Source: Takakia lepidozioides (lineage: Eukaryota > Plantae > Bryophyta). Taken from it: DNA of 64,000 nucleotides. Positions 39,901 through 50,500 of the stretch are shown here, one piece after another; position 1 is the first letter of the stretch, and the number at the start of each line of letters is the position of its first letter. The notes under the pieces were generated by a model that made no database searches, was not told where the DNA came from, and worked only from the letters and a program-made list of their open reading frames with translations. Position numbers and translations under genes: made by a program. Where the stretch lies: contig CM060733.1 of the NCBI GenBank assembly GCA_030704615.1, positions 75,454,001-75,518,000 on the forward strand, written 5' to 3'.

Positions 39901-42900
39901 TGAAAGAAGGCCCCAGTCCATGCTTATTACCTCTTTCTACATCAACAGTCCTTGTCATACCATGATGTGATTTGCTATCCTTGTCAACGCACTTTCCCCT
40001 CCAAGCTGCAACTGCCTCATCTCTCTCCTGTAGGGGAGTTTCAGATAGGTCCCCCTCTTCCTCACAATCATCCACACAATCAAGAATTGCTCGACACTCT
40101 TGTTGTGAGGCACTTTCATACTCGGAAAGTGCTTGTATCATGGCTGCCTCCATTCCCCCTGATCCCCAGACCTGGCTCAGAGGTACTCCTTCACAGCCTT
40201 GCACATCCTCTGACTCCCCCTCAGCCATCTCACTGTCCCTTGGAGAGACCCCCATCCATCGAAGCAGCTCTGCCACTTCCTTCTCAGCTTCCTGCACCCA
40301 AACCTTCAGGTGAGTCTGGTCGAAGGGCGTCAGCAATGTGCAGACAACAAATAATCTCGCTTCCCCTCCATTTCTCTAGATCGTAACTTGCTTCACTATC
40401 CCTATGTAGTGTAACTATACTGCTAAGTAGTCTGGGAGATAAGACAAGCACAACACCACAATGCAATAGATCAAATGGAGCTGCCAAGAGTGATCTAAAG
40501 GATGAACCATAGGTTCCTAGGCATTTATTACAAGAGATGTCCACCAATTCAGCATTGTGCAATGAATGTCAAGAGGTGGGCACCCTCCATAAACCGAAAA
40601 GAAATGCAACAGATGTCAAGTCTTTGAGCCCATGTTGGCATACACATATACCTGGGATGTTTGATCTTGTTGTGTGAGCTGGGTTCGGACAATTTGCTCA
40701 TCAAGCAGCTCTACAGGACCATTCTGTCTGATGAAAGCATCCTCTAGAGCTTCCACCCCACCTCCATGTCTCCAAGCCCCAAGCCGATCACACAAACCAC
40801 CATTCTTGCGATCAAAGGGAACTTCCATTCCTTGAGCTCCACCTGCATGCACCACATCATTGGCTGCCTGTGTGCACTCCAGCAGCTTCTGTTGTGTACA
40901 TGATTCGCCCTGCTGCACCAGCAGGGAGCCATGTTTAGCAGCGTCCACATCAAATGGAGAGAGCCCCTCCTCTTCTTGAACAACATGAAACAGAGAAGTG
41001 CGCAGAGCTTCCTCAAGAGCAGATGGTGGGGGTGGAGTGCGCTCCGCCGAAGGATGCAGGGCTGCAGCTGCACCCGCAGGGCCGTCTTCTCCACTGCGTA
41101 GACACTCTTCCTGCAAAAGAACAACGTAATTGAAGTACTGCCAGTTACCTCTTTGTCACTCTTAAATGCACCTATACACCGTGGAGATTCAAGCCAAGAA
41201 TACAATGGGTATTGTTCTGATGATGGAAGGTCGGTTAGACAGATAGATTTGTTCAAAGAAGGTGACCCCTGGGGTTTCTAACCCTGCTAGTGTTCAGCAA
41301 GAAGCCTGGAATATTTCCTGATAATGTCTAGGAGCATTCAGATGTTTTTGAGTTCAAGGGTCAAAGGTTTGTAACTAACTTTTGAGTCATGCAGGATGGC
41401 TGTGTGGGAATATGCGAAACAAGTTTGTCATCAGACCAGTGGAAGAGATTGCTTTTCCACCATCACCACTGCTTGCGAAAGGCAACCACGAGATCTTGCC
41501 CCCAAAAACTGAGGCCCAGACCGTGTACACACAGAACCTACCCGCCAAGTAGAGTGATGACTCGAAATTCCACGGCTGTAAGAAGGACATAAGAGCCTTG
41601 AGCCCTAACCATTTCATTTGAAGACAGACAGATGCATGCATAGCATGTCTTACCATTTCCTCCTCGTACAGTTGATAGTTCTATACACAAATCTAATAAA
41701 AATTGTCAGAGTACATCATGTGGCGAAAATCTGACTGCCTATCTTACCTCCCACATGGGCATCAATGATTGGACCATCCTCGTAGAGGATCCAGCCTGCT
41801 GCAGTGGTATGAAAAGCAATTCGTGCCTATTCAGGATGTCTGCAGTCAATCCAGGGAAGCCACACCGTCAGCTTGTAGAGACGTAATAACATTTGTTTCT
41901 CTTCTTTCCTCTTTTATCTTATCTCCTATGAGATCCGTGGGAAATTCAATTGTCTATTCCGGAATACCCAATCTCTCCCAGAGGTCTTCCATTACGAGGA
42001 TCAGAAATGCTTGGCACCTTACCTGCATGAGTCATTGACTTCTAACAATCCCTTGACCAATAGTTGCTTTTGGGTTGCTTTTGGCCCCTCTCTCTTTCTT
42101 GTTTCTTGCTTCCATAAGCTCTTTGAGCTTTCCGGGGACGTTATAAAGTATTCGTTTCATTTCTTATACATGGATGAAAATCAACCAACCTATGCTCCAA
42201 TCATCACAGTCAAACTATATTATTCTTGGCATGAAACAACTGTCTCCATTAGCTACAAAGATAAAAACATACCAAGCAACCAAAGTTGTATACATTGGAT
42301 GTAAGTACACAGAGATAGTTGAACCCAACTTTATAACATGGAAAACGGTAAGAAACATCTTTCACCTTCTACAGAAGCATCAGCTTCAAGCTCACAGGTA
42401 CTGTGCTTAGCAAATAGGCTTGATCCACTGATCAACTGTGAGGGCCACAACCAGTCAGCAGGCACTGTAGGCCTCAGCCACAGCTGTGGCTGACTCCCTC
42501 CCTCTGAACTTGATTCTCTTTCATGAATCAATGGAGGAGTTGCTGCTTCCATAGCAGGCAGTCCATTCACAGCTGTTGCCCTGCTCACAGCTTGACACGG
42601 GAGACTCAAAGGTGGCCGCTCATTATTTTTTTCAGGGTCATTGACTGTGAGCCCCTTGGCATCCAGAGTCATTTCTGGGACAGAACCAGCTTCTCCTACT
42701 ACAGGTGTGGGTATACTTGCTTGACTGGTAAACGCATACTTGACCTGCTTCAGCAGGTTGGCCTTGTCAGAAGGGTGCTCTGGCAAGGGGTGCCGAAACT
42801 TCAAGCTGGAAAGGTGTAGGTGACTCATCCCAGAAAGATTCTGGTCAATCTGCATGGTGTGTAGACTTTGAGATGTCAGAATATATATCACAGTGGACCC

Positions 42901-45186
42901 GCATTGACAGACTATGGACACAACCATCACACTCTTACGTTGATACATATTTGCTAATATGGTTGGAATGCACACCGAAATTGGCAAACATGCGACAAGG
43001 CAACAAATATCTATGTGTAGGTTTTCCACAGAGGATACACAAAATATACCAGAAGCTGTAGCAGATATGGAATATGTGCTTCATGAGGCTGAAATTTCCG
43101 GTTCATGATGCCACCACCCTGCCCTCCCAGCCCAATACCCCTTCATCAGCAGATATACCATGCAAAACCTTTGTTAATCTCCTTCTTTTCTCCTCTCTAC
43201 AAATCATTCCAGCTCACCATTCATAAGACTCTTTATCTGTCTATCCTGTCCTTATGCATGTCTCTATGACAACTGTGTACCCTATGACCAGAGTAGAGAA
43301 ACAAAGAGCAAGGAGAGCAGCTAAGAAACATGGTGGCTAAAGAAAGTACAGGGTGTACCAATAGCAGTGCACTGATACGAGACACCTCTTGTGGATGGTA
43401 TCTGTTATGCAGGTTAAGTAGTGCAATTACAGAATGACAAATCCAAATTTGCTAGGAGCCAGCATGCCAGATGCAGGTAAGTCTCTCTGCACTTAGGGAT
43501 CCTCATAGCTAAAGGCCTCTGCCAAGGACAAGGTCACCAGGATCTGCCTCGGACCTCCCAGTAGGCCAGGCACAAGAAAATGCTGTTTCCACGCCCCTCA
43601 TGAGGCTTTGGACAACTTCAGAGTTGGCTCTCACACTCTCTGGATTGAATCAAGAAGATTGACTAAGACACTTGGTGAGAATACAATCTGCCGAGGAACA
43701 GGGAGGATAGAGCTGATTGGGAAAAGGAAATTACCAAGAAAGCACACAAAGGGATTATTCTCAAGGATACAGTACTAGTTTGATGAAGAGCTGCTCAGAA
43801 AGATGGAAGCCGTAATACTTGCGGGCACGCACAAGGCTGCAACAGTGCAGATGCTGCTTCTTCGCCCCCACGCTGCTGGCCAGCTACAACCAGAGGTTGC
43901 CTTAAAAATGCTCAAAGTTGAACTTGATTCTATTCGGCAACAGTGTACAAAGTGACTCGAATGATTGTTACACAACCAGATTTCAATATTTTCAAAACGA
44001 AACTCTTGTAAATAATGAGAAGGCTCTCAAAATAGGAACACCCCTAGAGTGGGGCATCTCAACAATTGTACCTTCATAGCTTTCTCAATTGCAGATGCTA
44101 AACAGCGCACATATCCCAGTGCTGCCATGACCACTCACCGTTAGGAACATGCAAATAATGTCAAGCACACTTTCAAGCTTTCTCAATTGAACAACCAGAA
44201 TACATTGTTGCAGCCTATCAAAGGTCAATTCCTTACAAGCCTTCAAAAATATTGCACACACCATAGTAAACCTGCACCAACCCTTTTCACTTCACAATAT
44301 AATCACTTGAGCATACTAAATAATAAAATCATTTGATGTGGACCACTTGCAGCAGTGATTTTTGTGCAGTATGCAAGATAATGAGCCTCTCTTGGAATAG
44401 CACATATTGGCGATTTCACTTTCACATGTAAATCTGAAAGTTACTATGATGGAGAAAGAAGCTGTACCTTCATTGATGTCTTGTGGTAGGTCCTCATCAT
44501 AAGGGAGATAAAAATAGGGAAATGACTGTCACAGAATAAACTATGCATCAGCTCCTTCAAAACACAAGTTTTATCGACCAACACAGAGTTTTGCGCAATG
44601 GGAAAGATAAGCAACTTTTGACACTAATCCCATATTAGACTAGACAAACATACCCTGAGCTTCACCGCAGCTCATGACAACTATGACTTGTTCCTGGCCC
44701 ACCCTGTCTCTATATTAATCTTGTATCTCCATACCCTGTCTATCTGTCTATATATCTCTCTCGGCAACAGAATTACCTGATGCAAGTGCAAGCATGCCTT
44801 CTGGCCTGCTGGGGTGGACCCATATATTCGCACTACCGGCACTTCCTCCACACTGCGGCCTGCAATTTCCCGAGGCTCTTGTTTTGTAAACAGTGAAGAG
44901 AATTGTGGTAAGAAACGACACTATTTCACTCACTTGCCAGGTTAGGATCATTCATGAACTGTCCAACACTCCTGGATCATAACCGAAATCTTACAGAGTT
45001 GCCTGGCTATACCCTCTTTTCCCTTTTGTGTGACTAACCTTGGAACTGAGAGTAGCAGACATCCATGTCCGGAAGAGGGCGAGCCATGTAGTGTTCCAGA
45101 TTAACAATTCGCAAACTAAACAAGGGGCTCCCTCCCTCTTGAGCTTTTGAGGGGCCTCCCTCTTCATTGACGGTCTCCGCTACCAT
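29170..45186 (-). CDS. REV3: DNA polymerase zeta catalytic subunit; 21 exons: 45186-45039, 44859-44777, 44525-44468, 44121-44072, 43883-43771, 43401-43359, 43118-43050, 42849-42366, 41839-41748, 41110-40652, 40291(or 40303)-37477, 36556-35487, 34742-34585, 34324-33724, 33421-33275, 32736-32461, 32130-32023, 31911-31706, 30754-30451, 30160-29459, 29340-29170
   Basis: N-terminal [46 protein letters not shown]; IPQMDG; PolB motifs [40 protein letters not shown]; C-terminal Cys clusters CTIC..CTSC and CQHC..CTSLDC. Confidence 0.96.
30898..30936. repeat. (CT)n microsatellite, ~19 units
   Basis: Read directly from the sequence. Confidence 0.95.
30950..31640 (+). mobile_element. Degenerate L1-type LINE ORF2 C-terminal fragment, antisense in a REV3 intron
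   Basis: [34 protein letters not shown] (zf-RVT-like) followed, after a frameshift, by [13 protein letters not shown] (IWxxRN-type motif). Ends approximate. Confidence 0.7.
41890..42165 (+). mobile_element. 3' fragment of the dispersed LINE-like family (REV3 intron 8)
   Basis: Same core CATAAGCTCTTTGAGCTTTCCGGGGACGTTATAAAG and a TTTCATTTC tail. Confidence 0.7.
43402..43770 (-). other. U12-type (minor spliceosome) GT-AG intron in REV3
   Basis: 5' site GTATCCTT; branch site TACTTAAC ending 11 nt before the 3' splice site; splicing restores FIKLVL|YHPQEVSR. Confidence 0.85.
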
Positions 45187-46028
45187 TATTGCTCACAGTC
45201 TTCCAAGCACCCAAAAAATCTCTGGCAAACCTGCCTACTTAGAACTGCGAAGCACTTCTTGGACCTAGTCCACTGGAGTTCCACCGACTGCTTCTGCAAT
45301 TGAATTCTACGTGTTGATCATCCTCATAGCAAGTAAATCTTCCTGACATGTTGACTCGTGTTGGATTTACCAGCCAACTAAAACGCAAGCTTCCCATCAA
45401 ATCTAGAGCAGCACTTGCTGACATTTATTTTGATGAATACCGTGGCTTCATAACACGCCTGGGTTGCAGGTGTGGGGTGTTCTGAGAAGTGAATTGCAAT
45501 GACAGCGAAGTTTGAGTACCGATCCATCTCTCTCTTTCTTCGCCTCACCCAACAATTTGGGTGTCGGGATTCAAGCTCCAGACTGCCAAAATCTCCATGC
45601 TCCTGCGACCTTGCATCTTCATCTACACCTCTCCTGAATTTTGTTTTTGGAAATTCGACCTTCTACAAAATGGATCACATTCTTTTAGTACTCTTCATAT
45701 AAAGGTGAGGCCATTAAGTGGGGTTTTTGAGGAGCCTAAGGAAGGCCTACAGCTTTTTCCACCCTTGACTGCAAATCTGCACATCTGCACCCCTTGCCAC
45801 CTTTTTATTCATTACTAAAACTGTGGTGGGATGTAGAGTTCAATCACGTTCGTGGGGGGCTTATTCCGCTCAGCTCTTCTAGTAAGTTAATTAATATCGC
45901 TCTAGGTCATGTTTGTGTATTTTTGGGCCCTGTGTGGCCCAGCCCGCTAAAAAAGTTACTAACTTAGCAAGTAAGTAGTCTTAAGAGGCAGGGGGAGGAG
46001 AGCGCTCTTCTCCTTTATAAGTTTATAC

Positions 46029-46858
46029 CAGTGTTGGGCGGTTACCCGCCTGGGCCCGGGTAACCGCCGGTTCCGGTTATGTGGAACCGGACCGGAACCG
46101 GACCCGCCTGTGCAGAACCGGAACCGGAACCGCTCATTGGGGATTGTGTGGGAACCGGAACCAGCGGTTCCAGCTACGACCACATGTGTGGGAACCGGCG
46201 GTTCCAGCTCCAAAGCGGTTCCGTTCCGGTTCTTGGTTCTTGACCCCTTGGTGGGGCTGGTGGGCCCAGGGAAAAACTTAGTTAATGCTCTTAAGCTCCT
46301 GAGATCCTGGGTTCAATGCTTGAAGGCCATGAGATTCTATGTTCAATGCTTCAGCGCCATGAGATCTTGGGTTCAATCTCCAGCTCCATGATATCCTGGC
46401 TAAGTTCATTAATAAAATGTTTGAAGATGCCAATACTTGCCAGGTAGCTGAATAGTACTTTCAACCCATAAAATTTTACCCATTTTCTTCTACCAGTTTA
46501 TTTAGAGTATTTTTGTTTGTTTTTTTGTGTTAGTGAAAACTAACAAAATCGTTGGATTTTAGTTCAAATATGTGAATACACTGCTATTTAATTTACCGGA
46601 CTGATAAAATATTTTAAATCTAATTAAATTAAACAAATATATTTTTAAAATAGAACCGGAACCTAACCGGAACCGATGGTTTTTATCAGCAACTAACCGG
46701 TAACCGGAACCGCCCCCATGTTTAAAAGTTGGATCCGGAACCGGACCAGAACCGGCTCAATAAAAAAAAACCGGAACCGGATCCGGAACCGTCTCTTGAA
46801 ATAATTTTGGAACCGGAACCGAAGGTTCCTTCACAAATGCAAGAACCGCCCAACACTT
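46029..46858. mobile_element. Non-autonomous hAT DNA transposon, 830 bp
   Basis: TIRs CAGTGTTGGGCGGTT / AACCGCCCAACACTT (14/15); perfect 8-bp TSD GTTTATAC at 46021-46028 and 46859-46866; dense subterminal AACCGG repeats at both ends. Confidence 0.93.
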
Positions 46859-47552
46859 GTTTATACCCTCTCAAGGAGCCGGCCCCCTCAAGCAGACTGC
46901 CTCACACATGCCACCTCTAGAAACCACACTTGAAAAGAGTCTACCTACCCTCAAATTGGCGCCTGAACCATCCGCCATTTAATAGGTGTTGCCTTCATAC
47001 CATCTTTTTTTGGGACCCCCGGAAAAGAGAAAGGGAAGTCGAAGGGAGCAGTGCCTAGCAAGAAGGAAGATTGGAGATGGGCCGAGGCCCGTATGAGTGG
47101 GTGGAGGCGAAGCTGGCCTAGGGGATAATAGAAAGGGACTAAGCTTCACTGCCAAAGTCAAGATATATGAATCTTATAGGAATCTTATAACCCTTTTGTG
47201 GGGATACCTTTGCACAATAGGAAAAACAAAATCACAAATCTTCTGGTTTGAAACAATTTCCATAGGCATATGAATATTCCTCATGATGTTGGCCACCTTG
47301 AGAATCTCCTAAGTTTTCAGATTTTTTAGACAAGATTTGGATTCAGTGCAGTGATCCAGAGGGACACACTGACCGACATTTGAGGGGGCTTTGCAATGAT
47401 GGATTCAATCAAACAATCAGGAGGACCTTCCCAACTTGATTCACAATGTTGGCGCACCATTCATTTTTCGAGAAAACCTACCGTCCCAGGTTTTTCTCGA
47501 AAACCAAATAGAAATTGCAGTATATGGACCCCATCCGGATCACTACAGACGA

Positions 47553-50500
47553 GGTTGGGTAGTAGGGTAGCATGTGAGCAGGCTCACGTCAGCATGAGCC
47601 AGCTCACGTGAGCAGAAGAGGATATACCACAAATTCCTAGACTATTCTTGAAAAGATGCGATAGCGAAACTAAAATGTGCAATTTGTGCTCACGAGCAGA
47701 CTTGTGCTTACGTGAGCACAAACCACACGAAGAGAAATAGACACGGGAGAAATAGGCACAAAATGAGTCATGAATATGGACGGGCACCTTATTTCCGTGG
47801 TTTATTATTTTGTACGCACAAGCAAATAACAATTCGTTAGCAAAATAAAACAATCTCACGTCGTCTCTTATATGCAAAACCAAACACAACCCATTTTATT
47901 TCGCCCACGAAACCATAGGATAATGACCTACGCAATGATTCCTGGAAATTTCGCCGACGAAACCCAATATTTCGCTGGTAAAACCCATTATTTTGCTGGC
48001 AAAATCAGTTATTTCGCTAGCGAAACTCGATACCTTGATTTTTTTGTTAACAAAACCCGTTGTTTGCCCCATTATATCAAATTGTTCAACTATTGTTTGG
48101 TATTTGTGTGTTTTGGATGGTGTTGGTTATTGTGACTTTGTTTTTCCCTAATGTGTTATTCTTTTGTAGGATACCAAAACTGTAGATATGTGGAACTTGG
48201 AGCTTGTAGATATACATTATGGGTGCCTATTCCACATTAGGATTTTGGGTTTAGGGACAGAAATAGGCACAAAAATCCTATAAATGCACCGTGTCTCTAT
48301 ATCCGCCAATGGTTTAATTCCGTTTTGAAAACATATAACTCCTATGATTGTGGTTTAAAAACATAAAACCTCCGTGACCGTGGGTTTGTGCTCACGTGAG
48401 CTCTGCTCACCGCTGTTGCCGCGCACCTCACTTCGGTAAGCTCCCCTTCAAGTCATAGTTATTCGCTTTGATGCGCGCGCCTAACTCCCAACCTGGCCGT
48501 CGGGCCTTCTTGGAGCTTCGGCTGCTCACCGGGACATAACGGTCCCCCTTTACTCTTCCAAAAGACCCTCCACCAATTTGGGCCTAGTGGAAATTCCCTT
48601 TGGTAGATGGCAGTCCGGAATAGCTCCTCACTCCTTGGTCGCTTTCCGGCTCGTTCGGTTACTCATTAGTTTTTGGTCACCAACGGGCTTGTACCGTTCT
48701 CGGGGTTATTACTCCCTATATATACTTCTGTGACTGTCCGCGGGGGTTTCACAAACAACCATGTCATTTTATAGCGAACCACCACGAAGACCTTCGACTC
48801 CCGGTGATGAGTCGCGGTGAGTCTTGGCCCACCCACCATCGGCCCCATTGGACCGTGATGAGTCCCAAGACTCTCCACGACTCCCACCACAAGGTCTCCG
48901 CCCCATGGTGAGTCCTATGCCACCCCCACTAAGTCTCGCTAAGCTACCACCACCCCTTGTGGAGCCACCCCCACCGTAACCCGGTGTGCGGGGCTCCACC
49001 TAGTGAGCATCTTCGCCTCCTTGAGTGCCTTGGGCACTCAAGGGTGCTTCAGCCCCCCGTACCTATCGCTGCCACTGCCCCCACCACAGGGGCAGCCCCT
49101 ACTGCGTCCCGACCCCATGCCCTCAAGGCAAAGGGCCGACACACAACCCTACCAACAGGGAGTCGATGTCCTCATCGACTTGTCCATTTTGTAGAAACGA
49201 ACATCCAAGTTGTGGCGTCCCATGGCAAAGAACCAAACCCCACACTTGACTCTACTCTCCACTAGCTAGTTCGGCCGACTTTCTCCAAGTCTCGGCCAAG
49301 GGTGGAGCCTCTCAAGCCCCACCCAGTGCACTCTTCTTGGCCTACTTGAAGGCCAAGGAACGATCCTCCCCGAGGATCGAATCGCCTTACTGCAACAACA
49401 TTGTTTGCGACCGCTCATGATGCCGCTTTTTGGCATCACTTTGAGCAAAGGTTCACCTTGAACCCTTTTTTATTAGGAAGATAATCTTGAACCAACCGTG
49501 CACCCCAATCACTACAATTGGGTCCGCCTTGGAATGCTGGCCTGAGGTACGGGAACACGCCGAAGCCGCACTACGACTTCGTCCCGAGGCTACACGATTA
49601 TAGTACGTAAACGAAAGCACGTAGCTTCCGCGTTAGCCCGCACTACAAGGCAACCCCCTCGGTAGCGCAGTTATAGTACGCGCACGCGCTAGGTGCGCAC
49701 TAGCACGTGAACTCCCAAAGAAGGCGCAAGTTTCCTTGCCCCTTGGATGGGAGTCACCCGATTTCGGCATTGCGCAAACACACGATTAATCCAATTTACC
49801 TCTCTCACTTTTGTAAGCTAGCATGCATTCTACACACTAGCCAACCATACCATGCATCACCATTCCAAACAAAATATGAGGCGCAATATTTGGAAACCAT
49901 TTCATTTATAACAAAATTTGTACAACACAAGTTTTTGCAATCGGATTCCTGAGCTAGCTAAGCCGGGCTAAGCATGCATTTCCTCCCCAACGATCCAAGG
50001 TTGATGTCCCCATCAATGCTTCTTTCGCTTTTGAGATCGTCCTTCGAAAGCTGCAACCGCCTCGGATGCGTTTCCCATTTCTGAGGCACGCACCCAAAAT
50101 GCCTCCACATGATGATAGCCCTTCCATTTCACGAGATACTCCGTTTCTCAATTCTTGAACCTCCTCGACTTAAGCACTGCCTCCACCTCGTACTCAGGTT
50201 CATTTTCATGATCCAACAGCACAGGTGGCGGACGCAACACTTGATGCCGATTCAGACGCGCTTCATTTTTGAAGTAAGGCTTCAAAAGGGAGACGTGGAA
50301 TACCGGATGCACCTTGCTGTTTGCCGGCAGCTCCAATTCATACACATCCTCATTCATAACCTTCCGGATGCGAAAGGGTCCTGCATACGGAGGTACGAAC
50401 TTCGGACTCATTTTCGGAGGTAGTCGGAAATTCTTGATGTTCAACCAGACCTCCGTGTCTGCCTCAAACTTAACTTCCCTCCGCTTCCGATTTGCCTGTC

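Noticed and set aside
46060-46830. AACCGG repeat clusters and the 30-bp tandem as a CRISPR-like array or coding ORFs
   Set aside because: No unique spacers or cas genes in a eukaryotic context; explained as hAT subterminal repeats.
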